Source: an uncultured virus (IMG/VR IMGVR_UViG_3300024999_000046)
Lineage: Duplodnaviria > Heunggongvirae > Uroviricota > Caudoviricetes
Length of the DNA stretch: 64,000 bases
Strand: one strand, 5' to 3'
Virus record (IMG/VR): IMGVR_UViG_3300024999_000046
Numbering within the stretch: position 1 is the first letter of the stretch; each line of letters starts with the position of its first letter. The position numbers and the translations under genes are program-made. The notes beneath the pieces are model-generated. The model searched no databases. It was not told the origin of the DNA and worked only from the letters and a program-made list of their open reading frames with translations. Shown here piece by piece: positions 1 through 10,041 of the stretch.

Positions 1-1
1 T

Positions 2-160
2 ATGTTTAAAAATTACCAAGATAAAATAATATTAAAGAATAATTATTACCAATCTAGGGTTGATATAATTTTTATAGATTTATATCCATATGACTTAAAA
101 AATAATTGTGAAGGCGTAAAGAATAAATTAACTGAAGTTTTATTAAGTTTAAATAAATAA
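2..160 (+). CDS. 3' end of a CDS cut by the window edge, possibly a Vsr/DUF559-like nuclease C-terminus
   Basis: Open frame ..FKNYQDKIILKNNYYQSRVDIIFIDLYPYDLK..LNK* read by hand. Confidence 0.4.
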   Translation: MFKNYQDKIILKNNYYQSRVDIIFIDLYPYDLKNNCEGVKNKLTEVLLSLNK

Positions 161-188
161 TAAATATAATAAGAAAGAAGGAAATATA

Positions 189-653
189 ATGGCAAATGTT
201 AAAAAATTAAATGAGGTATCTTTAAACAAAGGATTTAGTAAGTTCAATGAGAAAGTCACAGAAAGAGTTACAGATCGTTTTGGTGAGGAATATGAAGTGG
301 AGTTCTCTAAATATCTCAAAAAGACAGACACACAAAAGATTATGATTGATTATATGAATATCATCGAAGAACTTGAAGGCATGGAAGGTATTGATAATCT
401 AAAGGATAGTATTATACTTCCTATGCTTATGATAAAATACTTTACAAATATTCCAATTCAAGATGAAGGAGAAAAATTATTAATAATGGCAGATAAATTA
501 ATTGAATTAGAATTGTTTAATAGTATTCTTGATTTATTACCTGAAAACGAACTTTTAAATATGGGAAATATTGCAGAACAATTTAAAAAAAGTGTTGAAT
601 TTATGGTAGCAGAAAAAGAAAAAGAAAAAGAATCAAGCAATAACGAAGAGTAA
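189..653 (+). CDS. hypothetical phage protein, possible tail assembly chaperone
   Basis: 154-aa acidic ORF with RBS, upstream of tail genes. Confidence 0.55.
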   Translation: MANVKKLNEVSLNKGFSKFNEKVTERVTDRFGEEYEVEFSKYLKKTDTQKIMIDYMNIIEELEGMEGIDNLKDSIILPMLMIKYFTNIPIQDEGEKLLIMADKLIELELFNSILDLLPENELLNMGNIAEQFKKSVEFMVAEKEKEKESSNNEE

Positions 654-675
654 GTATATTAAAGAAAACAATGTA

Positions 676-705
676 AAAGAACCCATAGAAAATATGGGTT
701 CTTTT
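676..705. terminator. bidirectional intrinsic terminator
   Basis: aaaagaacccata-gaaaa-tatgggttctttt between convergent genes. Confidence 0.8.
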
Positions 706-710
706 ATTAT

Positions 711-1217
711 TCAATATGCATTTAAAGCATTTTTTAATCTAGGGATTACAGATTCATCCTCTGCAGAAAATATAGCAGTTTTACTATTCCCATACTCTTT
801 ATAATTAATAGTTATTATCCATATCATTGTTGTTTCTTTTTGTGTTCCTACACCTGATATTCCTCCGACTACTGCACCAACTGGCCCTAATAAGAGTCCT
901 CCAACTAATGATCTTCCTATAATACTTTTTTGATGTTCGGTAAGTTCTTTGGAGGAGTTAAATATGGTTGATTCTATATTTTTTGTAGGAATAGAATAGG
1001 TTTTATCAATGATAATTTCTTCTATGTTTTTAGAAAACTTCACCTCTACTCCTTTGCCATATCCTGACAAACCATCTATATGAGTTAAAGTAATTGGTCT
1101 TATAGTTTGATTTGTAATTTTTATTCTTTCTGCTTTTTTGCTTTTTGGTTCATTAATCATTTCCATAATAACCATTACTATAATAAATATTATTGTTGCT
1201 AATATTATTTTAATCAA
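711..1217 (-). CDS. membrane-anchored moron protein with glycine zipper
   Basis: N-terminal TM helix, KSIIGRSLVGGLLLGPVGAVVGGISG motif, opposite strand to tail genes. Confidence 0.7.
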   Translation of the reverse strand: MIKIILATIIFIIVMVIMEMINEPKSKKAERIKITNQTIRPITLTHIDGLSGYGKGVEVKFSKNIEEIIIDKTYSIPTKNIESTIFNSSKELTEHQKSIIGRSLVGGLLLGPVGAVVGGISGVGTQKETTMIWIITINYKEYGNSKTAIFSAEDESVIPRLKNALNAY

Positions 1218-1290
1218 AATATCAACTCCTTTTTATTCCCAATTATATACTAAAATATATGGTTTTGTAAAGAAAATATTGTAAAAGGCG

Positions 1291-1770
1291 GTGAAAAAGT
1301 TGCCTAAAGATATATCATTTTTGGCAAATGATTTAATTAAAAAATTAGAACAAGAATTATCAAGTCAGTTAAAAACTATTGGAACTATATTAGTTGATGA
1401 TGTAAAAGAACATATTGATTCTGATGTTCTAACTGTGTATGATCCTTTGGTATATGAAAGAACTGGAAACCTTAAAAAATCTATAACAAAATCTATCGTA
1501 GATAAGAATGTAAATGGAATAAGTATAGATATTTATTCCGATGACGATATAGCAAAAAGTCATCATATGAACGATATTAATAATCCATTAGAATCATATG
1601 CTCAAATTGTTGAAAGTGGAATAGGGTATGATTATGGTTCATGGAATGGATCACAGTGGCCTTACCAAACTCTTCAAAGACCATTTATGAAAAACGCAAT
1701 AGAAAAAAATTCTGATAATATTTTAAATTTAATTGATAAAGCTGTAGGTGATGCGATTAAAAAATTATAA
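1291..1770 (+). CDS. HK97 gp10-like tail completion protein
   Basis: YERTGNLKKSI, YAQIVESG and QRPFM motifs; precedes tape measure. Confidence 0.7.
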   Translation: MKKLPKDISFLANDLIKKLEQELSSQLKTIGTILVDDVKEHIDSDVLTVYDPLVYERTGNLKKSITKSIVDKNVNGISIDIYSDDDIAKSHHMNDINNPLESYAQIVESGIGYDYGSWNGSQWPYQTLQRPFMKNAIEKNSDNILNLIDKAVGDAIKKL

Positions 1771-1784
1771 GGTGGTGATGTTTA

Positions 1785-4700
1785 ATGGGTACAACATATA
1801 CTGTTGGTGCAAAAATAATAATTAATTATGATCAATCAGAAATAAAGTCTACAATCGAACGTTTACAAAATTTTGTTAAAGCGAATCCAATTACTATTAA
1901 TAATATTAAAATAGATTCAGCCTCTTTAAACAATATAAAAACAAATTTGGAAAAACTTTCTATAAAATTAGATAATGTATCAATAAATAATATTAAGATT
2001 CCTTCTAATGCAACAAAAGAGATTAAGAGTAAGATTGAGTCAATATCTTTTAAATTAGGAAATTTAAAACTTGATACTTCTAAAATTGATGGCAAGAAAA
2101 TTGATATATCTTTACGTGTTCCCAATTCTGAAATAACAAAATTAAAAGAACAGATAGAAGGACTTAGACCAGTAATTAAGGTTCAAGTTCAGGGACAAAA
2201 TACAGTTTCTACCCCAGGAGCAGGTTCTTTAGCACAAGCAAAAACTTTTGCAGATAGTTTAACTTCTGCTGGACAATATAAAGGAAATACAGTAATTAGT
2301 TATGATTATGATCAAGCAGGAAAATTAATTGCTGTATTAAAAAACGCCCAGAATGAAACTATAAGACTAAAATATCAGTTCGATGAAGCGAGTAAATCAT
2401 TTCAACAAATAGGATCAAGTACAAAAGTTCCAGATTTACTTAATCAATCAACGATATCCGCACAAAAAACTTTTAGTGATTTAAAAAATATTACTACTCA
2501 ATTCAATGTTCTCAAACAACAATCAGGAAGCAATCCTATTGATTTTAAAACTCAAAAATTAATACCAGATTTAGAGATGTTGAATGCAAAATTAAAAACA
2601 TTAAGTACAGGTATGCAACAAGTTACTCAAACTTACAAACTTAATGATACTCAAACAATGAGTGTTTCTGGTAATTATAATATGCTTAGAGGACAAATGG
2701 ACTCTTTAAGCACATCTACAGGAAACTTAGCAAATAGACAAATAGGATTAGGAGAAGCCACATCTGTGGCCCTGCAACGGTTTCCACTATGGATAGCAGT
2801 ATCTACGCTAGTGATGTCTAGCCTACATAAATTGCAGGAATCTTTCGAATTTATGTCTGGGCAAAGTAAATTATTCACAAATCTACAATTGGAAATGTCT
2901 GACACTAATTTAGTTTTTAGCGAAATAACTAATACGGCAAATAAATTTGCAACTGAAATGGGAGCAACAACGGATACGGTTATGAAAGCCATAGCTGTAT
3001 TCGGAACATACACCTCTACAATTGATGAGGTTTTAACTAAGAGTCGAAGTGCGGTAACTCTTAGTTCCATCACTGGACAGGGAATCGAGCAGACCAGTGA
3101 TGAACTTATGGGGGTAATGACACAATATCGTTTAACTGCAAATGAAATTACAGGTGTAACAGATTCTATTCTTGGTGCTGCTCGTATGCTCCAATTGGAC
3201 TTCCCTAAAGGTGTGGCAGAAATTTCCAGTGGATTAAGAACTGTTGGTAGTGTGGCAAAAGATGCAGGGTTGAATATTGCCGAAACAACGGGGATTTTGT
3301 CGACAATGATCGAAGTCACAAGACGTAGTGGAAGTGAAAATGCCAACGCATTGAGAACGGTTATCAGTAGAATATCAAACGTAGGTGAAGAATCAAATCC
3401 AGAAGAGTTTAAAGGTATCGAAAAGAAATTCAATGACATTGGAGTGGCAATTAAATCATCCTCTGATACAATTTTACCAATGGGAAATATTTTGTCGAAT
3501 CTTAGCGAAAAATGGAAGGTTTTAAATGATGTCGAACGTCAGTCAATAGCTACCGCAGCCGCGGGAATTTATAGAAGAAATGCATTCATTAGTCTTATGA
3601 CTAATTACGACAAAGTTCTACAAAATACTACTGCTGCCCAAGAAAGTGAGGGCGTAACAGCACAAAAACAAGAAATATATAATAATTCTTTGGCTGCCTC
3701 TGTTCAAAGATTGACATCTGCGTGGGAATTGTTTTATTTAAATTCAATAAACACTGATACTTGGAAAAACATGGTAGATGGCTTAACTGTTGTAATATCT
3801 GGTTTTGCAAAATTTGCTGATGTGATTGGTGGAATACCTACGATATTATCTACAGTTGTTCTAACAGCATCGTTATTTTCCACTAAATTCCAAGGATTTA
3901 TGAGCAGGTCGTTTTTAATTGCCCCAATGTTAGCCTTTAAAGCTTCCGTATTAGAAACGGTAGTGGTTATGAGGCAATTTAGTGGATACGCTAACACTTG
4001 GAGGGCAAATCCATTTATTGTTGGTTTTGAAATGGCAAAAACATCAGTTTTAAGTTATATAACGAGTATTCGTTTGGCAACTGTGCAACAAACAGCAATG
4101 GGCAGGACTGGATGGGCCAATGCATTAGGCGTTGCTATTACAGGAATTAGCACAGCAATGAGATCGTTAACAACTTCGACAATTGCAGCAAGAGTTGCTA
4201 TGTCTGCATTTCAGGCAGTTTCTACATTAGGATTGTCAGTTGCTCTTATGTTCATAATTGGAAAAGTAATGAGTCTTGCTGATTCTTGGATTCACGCAGA
4301 TGAAAAGGCAAAAGAAGCATTTGATACTTTAACAAAATCAATTCAATCTTTAAAACAAGAAACTTCTGAATTACCTTCTCTTATATCTTCTTATGAAGAA
4401 TTATTTGATAAGTTAGGAAAAACTACCGAGGAAAAGGAAGAATTAGCAACAACAACGGCAAAATTATCAGCACTTTTTGGAGATTCTATAACTAAATTAG
4501 ATTCTGAAGGAAAAGCTATTGAGGTTGATATTGAATATGTTAAACAATTAACTCAAGCTAAAAAAGATTTATTAATTGCGCAGCAAGAAGAATTAGGTTC
4601 TAAATTTAATTCTATGGGGAAAGATCAATATGATGAAATATTAGCTAAACAAACTAGAATTAAAGAAATAAATGCAGAAATTGCTGAAAATGATAAAAAG

Positions 4701-7700
4701 ACTGTATCTTTAGAAAATGCTAGTGACCCAATAACTGGGTATATAAATGAAAATGGTATGCTTGGAATAAAAGGTATTAAAGATTATCAAGACGCAACCG
4801 CAGAATTAGCATCCGAAAGAACAAAATTGATTGGTGAAAGTGCTGAAATTCAACAAGAATTATCCAAAGAAGCATATGCTTTTGATCAATCAAGAGAATC
4901 GGCAAATAAATTAAGTCAAAGTTTAATTAATAATTTATCTAAAGCTACTTTTGATTCTGAAAAAGGATTTAGTGATTTAGCATCTGTAATGGATGTATTC
5001 GGCAAATCTGATGTATCTGAAGTATTTAAAAGAATCTCTGAGGATATATCTAAAGGTACTACTACTGAAAAAGCAAAAGAAGATATTAAAGATATGGAAT
5101 CTGCTTTAAATAAATATGGTGTTGAGGCAGGTATAGTAACTAATATTATTAAATATTTTAATAATGCTATAAAATTAAATAATGCTCCAAAAACTACTAA
5201 TTCTATTTTAGACATGACAGTATCATCAAAAGAATTAACAGATAGTCTTAAAGATGTTACTTCTGTAGCAACAGATGTTTCAAAAGCTATGGAAGAATAT
5301 AATGAGACAGGAAAGTTATCGGCATCAACAATTGTAGATTTAGTTACAAAATATCCAGAACTAATTGATCAATTGAAAGTCGAGAATGGACAATTAACAC
5401 TCAATAAAGAAGCAGTTCAGGGTTTATTAGATGTCCGTATCAATGGGATGATAACTGCTCTTGAGGCAGAAAAAACATACACCTCTAATCAAGCTGAACA
5501 AACTAAAATAAGAATTAGCAATCTTATTGCAGAAGCAGAAGCAATCAGACAAAGAAATAATGCTCTTAATGCACTTCCTACATTTTTAAGTAAACCAACT
5601 TTAAACCCTAGCACTGGAACTATATGGCTTAATGAAGAAGATAAGATAAGAGCAGAAGCAAGTGCTTTACAGTCACAACTTAATGCAGATAATGGTGTAG
5701 ATGATAAGATTAGTGCAATGAAAGCATTGCTTGGAAATATAAAATCAGCAGCAAATTCTGGAAGTTATCCTTCATCAAAAAAAGAAAAATCATCTCCAAC
5801 AACCCCACTCTCAGAATTCGTCTCAATAGAAGAATCATTAATTCGTTCATTCTTAACCGAATCAAAAATTACAGAAGAATCCAACAAACTACTCGAAAAA
5901 CAACTCCAAATAGCAAAATCTGCAAAAGACTACAATAAAGAACTCACTCTCTCTAAACAATTAATAGAAGGTGAAACCAAGCAAATCCAACAATTATCAC
6001 AAGCTCGTTCAAAAATGGAAGATGAATTTGCAAAAGTTTCATCTGAAGGTGGATATTCAGTCAGAGAAACTTTATCATGGTTTGATCCAAAAGGTGAAGA
6101 CACACTCGCTTATCAAACAAAGTTTAAAAATTCAAGTGTAGAAACTAGAAAAACCATGGGAATGACTCATGACGAATTACAAAAATTAGAAAAAGCATAT
6201 CATGAAACAGGTGTATCTATTGATACACTTACAGATTCTCTAGTAGCACTAAAAAATTCTTTAGTTCAAATTGAAATTAATAAATTTGAACAATCAATGA
6301 CCGATTTAGATAAAAAAATGAATCTATCTAAATCTGCTATGGATTTATATGATAAAGCATCTGAAGAATATTCTAAAGAACAAGCAAAGCAAATTACTAT
6401 ATTAAAAGAAAAAGAAGATGCAATTTTTAATGAAATTGTAACTATTGGTCATTTATTAAAAGCAACAGATTTAACTACAGAATCTCAAAAAGCCTTAAAT
6501 GATGAAATGGCAAATCTAAAACTCACACTTAATCAGAATCAAAAATCAATGCAAGATTACGCTAATAATATAGTTCAAACCTTAAAAGATGCAGCAAAAA
6601 TAAAAAAAGAAATTGATATATCAGTAATAAATGTGGAAATGATATCCGAAGATAGAAGACATCAGCAAGTTTTAGATGATATTGACAGCGAAGAAAAGGC
6701 CAGAGAAGATTCAATAAATGCTCAAATTTCTGCAATAGATCGTCTTGCAGATGCAGAGAATTATGATAAGAATCTAAATAAATCTCAATCAGAAGTTCAA
6801 GTGCTCCAAAACGAACAGAATTATCTTGTTTTAGATACATCAAATGAGGGAAGAGCCAGATCAGCAGAATTACAAAAACAGATTGATGAGAAAAATAGTT
6901 CTATTGATGATATGCAAAATTCTCATACTAATGATCTTCGCAAACAAAATCTACAAGATGCTTTAGATGCTATTAAAAAAGAATCAGACGCAAAGAAAAA
7001 ATCAGAAAATGAAGTTTATGAGGCAAAAAAGCAATCCTTAGAAGATCAAAAAACTGATATTGAAACAGCATTTAATGAATTAATGTTAAATGATGAAATT
7101 TGGTCAGCAAAAGTTCAAGAAATTCTTGATGGAAATATTGAAGGAATTAAAACAAGTCTTGATACTTTTTCTAATGAATTTACCAATACCTTAACAACAA
7201 AAGCTGGACAAATTGATACAAGTTTTCAAGCAATTATTAATACGATAAAACAAATAAAATCTGCTGCAAATGAACTTGACGCATTCCCAAATTACGCATA
7301 TGGTACAAAATCCCATCCTCATCCTGGTGGATTAGCAAAAATATCTGAATTAGGCCCAGAATTAGTAACAACTCCAGATGGGCATTCATTTCTTAGTGGT
7401 GATAATGGCCCAGAAATTGTAAATTTACCTAAAGATTCGGAAGTTCTTCCTGCAGATTTAACAAAAAAACTCCTTAAAAATTCTTCCATTCCTTCTTATG
7501 CAACTGGAATAGGAAATATAAGTTCTAATAGTGTTCTTGCAGATATTTTATCAAAAGTAGATATATCTAATTTGCTTAATTCTGTATCATTGCCATCATT
7601 TTCTGTTCCACAGTTTCAAGCACCGCAATTGGCTAATAATATTTCATCATCGAATGTTACTATTCCTCAAATTAATTTCAATGTTACATCGACAGATGGA

Positions 7701-7784
7701 ATAATATCCAATAAAGAGTTGGATAGATGTGCTAAATATACTATCAAACAAATTGAGAGAGCACAGACAGTTAGAGGGAGATAA
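1785..7784 (+). CDS. tail tape measure protein
   Basis: 1999 aa, TP901-type core (RRSGSENANALRTVISRI), coiled coils, C-terminal YAYGT..GGLAKISELGPEL. Confidence 0.93.
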   Translation: MGTTYTVGAKIIINYDQSEIKSTIERLQNFVKANPITINNIKIDSASLNNIKTNLEKLSIKLDNVSINNIKIPSNATKEIKSKIESISFKLGNLKLDTSKIDGKKIDISLRVPNSEITKLKEQIEGLRPVIKVQVQGQNTVSTPGAGSLAQAKTFADSLTSAGQYKGNTVISYDYDQAGKLIAVLKNAQNETIRLKYQFDEASKSFQQIGSSTKVPDLLNQSTISAQKTFSDLKNITTQFNVLKQQSGSNPIDFKTQKLIPDLEMLNAKLKTLSTGMQQVTQTYKLNDTQTMSVSGNYNMLRGQMDSLSTSTGNLANRQIGLGEATSVALQRFPLWIAVSTLVMSSLHKLQESFEFMSGQSKLFTNLQLEMSDTNLVFSEITNTANKFATEMGATTDTVMKAIAVFGTYTSTIDEVLTKSRSAVTLSSITGQGIEQTSDELMGVMTQYRLTANEITGVTDSILGAARMLQLDFPKGVAEISSGLRTVGSVAKDAGLNIAETTGILSTMIEVTRRSGSENANALRTVISRISNVGEESNPEEFKGIEKKFNDIGVAIKSSSDTILPMGNILSNLSEKWKVLNDVERQSIATAAAGIYRRNAFISLMTNYDKVLQNTTAAQESEGVTAQKQEIYNNSLAASVQRLTSAWELFYLNSINTDTWKNMVDGLTVVISGFAKFADVIGGIPTILSTVVLTASLFSTKFQGFMSRSFLIAPMLAFKASVLETVVVMRQFSGYANTWRANPFIVGFEMAKTSVLSYITSIRLATVQQTAMGRTGWANALGVAITGISTAMRSLTTSTIAARVAMSAFQAVSTLGLSVALMFIIGKVMSLADSWIHADEKAKEAFDTLTKSIQSLKQETSELPSLISSYEELFDKLGKTTEEKEELATTTAKLSALFGDSITKLDSEGKAIEVDIEYVKQLTQAKKDLLIAQQEELGSKFNSMGKDQYDEILAKQTRIKEINAEIAENDKKTVSLENASDPITGYINENGMLGIKGIKDYQDATAELASERTKLIGESAEIQQELSKEAYAFDQSRESANKLSQSLINNLSKATFDSEKGFSDLASVMDVFGKSDVSEVFKRISEDISKGTTTEKAKEDIKDMESALNKYGVEAGIVTNIIKYFNNAIKLNNAPKTTNSILDMTVSSKELTDSLKDVTSVATDVSKAMEEYNETGKLSASTIVDLVTKYPELIDQLKVENGQLTLNKEAVQGLLDVRINGMITALEAEKTYTSNQAEQTKIRISNLIAEAEAIRQRNNALNALPTFLSKPTLNPSTGTIWLNEEDKIRAEASALQSQLNADNGVDDKISAMKALLGNIKSAANSGSYPSSKKEKSSPTTPLSEFVSIEESLIRSFLTESKITEESNKLLEKQLQIAKSAKDYNKELTLSKQLIEGETKQIQQLSQARSKMEDEFAKVSSEGGYSVRETLSWFDPKGEDTLAYQTKFKNSSVETRKTMGMTHDELQKLEKAYHETGVSIDTLTDSLVALKNSLVQIEINKFEQSMTDLDKKMNLSKSAMDLYDKASEEYSKEQAKQITILKEKEDAIFNEIVTIGHLLKATDLTTESQKALNDEMANLKLTLNQNQKSMQDYANNIVQTLKDAAKIKKEIDISVINVEMISEDRRHQQVLDDIDSEEKAREDSINAQISAIDRLADAENYDKNLNKSQSEVQVLQNEQNYLVLDTSNEGRARSAELQKQIDEKNSSIDDMQNSHTNDLRKQNLQDALDAIKKESDAKKKSENEVYEAKKQSLEDQKTDIETAFNELMLNDEIWSAKVQEILDGNIEGIKTSLDTFSNEFTNTLTTKAGQIDTSFQAIINTIKQIKSAANELDAFPNYAYGTKSHPHPGGLAKISELGPELVTTPDGHSFLSGDNGPEIVNLPKDSEVLPADLTKKLLKNSSIPSYATGIGNISSNSVLADILSKVDISNLLNSVSLPSFSVPQFQAPQLANNISSSNVTIPQINFNVTSTDGIISNKELDRCAKYTIKQIERAQTVRGR

Positions 7785-7962
7785 TTTAATTTCATTATTC
7801 TTCCTCTTTTTATAATGATAAATTAATATTGATAATTTTACTAAATGGCTGATGGAATTAATTAATCCATTAAAAAGAAGGTGTCCTTTCCTTCGCCATT
7901 TAGTTTTTTATATTGCCAAATAAAGGACAACAAAATAGAAAAAATAATAAAAAGAAAAGGAC

Positions 7963-9164
7963 GTGTTAAAAATGGAAAAGAACAATGAGAAAAACGAGAA
8001 TAATGAGTTACAAGTATTTACAAGTGAACAGTTTGGTCAAGTAAGAATTATGACAATTGATGGAGAAGATCATTTTAATCTTTATGACATTGGAATGGGT
8101 TTAGGCCATACTAGACCAAATGCAAAAGGTAAAATGTATTTAAGAAAAGATGATTATGTAAAACTATGCGAAACCCTTGGAGTTTTAGGTGTGACGGAGT
8201 CTGTCACAGGTATAATTATAGATAAAGACACTGATTTTGAAAATACATATGTATCAGAAGATGCATTTTTTGATTTATGCTTAGAGAGTAAAGCTAAAAA
8301 TGCCAAAACTTTTAGAAAATGGGTCACATCTGAAGTCCTACCTTCTCTTCGGAAACGTGGAGTATATATTATGGAACATGCGAAGGAAGAAACAATTGAT
8401 AATGAGAAACTATTTGGGAAACGTAGAGTTAAAAATACATTTGCTAATGCAGATGCTCATGAGGTTGAGAAACTATACGAAGATTGTATAAATTATATAA
8501 ACGATGAATATAATACAAAAGATAAAATTAAAATATGTCAAAGTATATTTAATGGCTTGAGTGAGTTAAACTTAAAATTAGCAGAAGATGCAGTACGAAA
8601 CATTGGTAAGTGCTACGATGTTTCTTTATTACAAAATAGGGTTCTTGGTGATAAAGCAAAATATCAAAACAAGAGAAATGGTGGAATTAAGAGTTCTAAA
8701 ACTAAAGAAATAGATAAACAAGGCAAATTAATTAGTGAACAAGATGAAATCATAAGAGAACAACAAAACAAACTTGATTTTTTAAATCCAGATATTGAAG
8801 ATTTTACAATTATACCTCGGCATGGGTTTTCAGTAAATTATATGACAAAAACAATTATTGATAATAACGGAAAAATGAAAACGGTAACATCTGATGAATA
8901 TAGAAAATGGCAAAATAATTTTCCTAATGAAATTATATCACATGAAGAACATATTGATTGGGATAAAAAATATACATATGGTTAAGATTTGATGCCATAG
9001 AGTCTATGGATTGTGACAATATGTGTAAATCTGCAATCGATCAAATTGCAAGGCAATATAACGCCAACGATGGGAATGTGCAGATTAGAGAAGCAACAAT
9101 AAATAAAATAGTAAAATCATATGGTGAAGGTAGAATTTATTATATTATAAGAAATGTAGATTAA
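7963..9164 (+). pseudogene. BRO-N protein fused to a RusA-like domain, frameshifted at A6 run 8965-8970
   Basis: BRO-N motifs FTSEQFGQVR and FRKWVTSEVLPSLRKRG; -1 frame continues IYIWLRFDAIESMDCDNMCKSAIDQI.. to TAA at 9164. Confidence 0.7.
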
Positions 9165-9250
9165 TAAATAATATTTTATAAGAGGACAGAAGTTACTGAT
9201 ATCTCTGTCCTCCTTAATCACAAAATAATTATGGAGGTGAAACCACAAAC

Positions 9251-10012
9251 ATGCCAATATCAGAATCTCTCTCATTCCAATTTAATAATCAATCTTCAAC
9301 AGACTACAATATCATTAACTGTAAAATAGACTCAGGGTTATTCCAAGAGTCTTTCTTTTCAGATAGAGAAATAAAAGAAGTTATAACTCGTAAATCAAAT
9401 TATTTAGTAGAAGTAAAATCTTCTCCAAGAATACTTACCCTAACTATCGCATTTACAGAAGATTTTGATGAAGACAAACTTCGTTCAGTGAAACGTTGGT
9501 TATCGACAGAAAGTTTTTCTCCATTAGTTTTTGAATCAATGCCAGACATGATTTTCTATGCAATTGTAATAGATAGTTCAGAATTAATGCATAATGGTTA
9601 TTCGGGGTACATAAATCTTCAAATGCGTTGTAAAGATGAATATATCTACTCTCCAACATTTATTTCTCCTATCTACGATCTATCAACAAATAATTCTTCA
9701 GTTACAATACAATTTATAAATAATGGAGATGTGGATTGTCAACCAATGTTGTCTTTACAGAAGATAGAAAATGGAAATATTTCGATAATTAATTTGTCTG
9801 ACGGAGGAAAAGAATTTGGTTTAACATCTCTTGTAGATAATGAAGATTTATATATTGACAATGAAAATGAATCAATTACAACATCAATACCAAATACTTA
9901 TCGTTATGATAACCATGTAGGTGATTTTATTAATATGAAACGGGGAATTAACAATTTACAATGTTTTGGTAAGATGAAATTTCAATTTAAATATCAGTTT
10001 CGCACACTATAA
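9251..10012 (+). CDS. distal tail protein (phage tail family)
   Basis: 253 aa after tape measure; FNNQSSTDY and NNGDVDCQP motifs. Confidence 0.8.
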   Translation: MPISESLSFQFNNQSSTDYNIINCKIDSGLFQESFFSDREIKEVITRKSNYLVEVKSSPRILTLTIAFTEDFDEDKLRSVKRWLSTESFSPLVFESMPDMIFYAIVIDSSELMHNGYSGYINLQMRCKDEYIYSPTFISPIYDLSTNNSSVTIQFINNGDVDCQPMLSLQKIENGNISIINLSDGGKEFGLTSLVDNEDLYIDNENESITTSIPNTYRYDNHVGDFINMKRGINNLQCFGKMKFQFKYQFRTL

Positions 10013-10041
10013 TAAATAAAATTTAAGAGAGAAGGATATAA

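Noticed and set aside
1832..6843. Antisense ORFs inside the tape measure gene and similar shadow ORFs elsewhere
   Set aside because: They lie wholly within long sense genes, have no RBS and have biased antisense composition.
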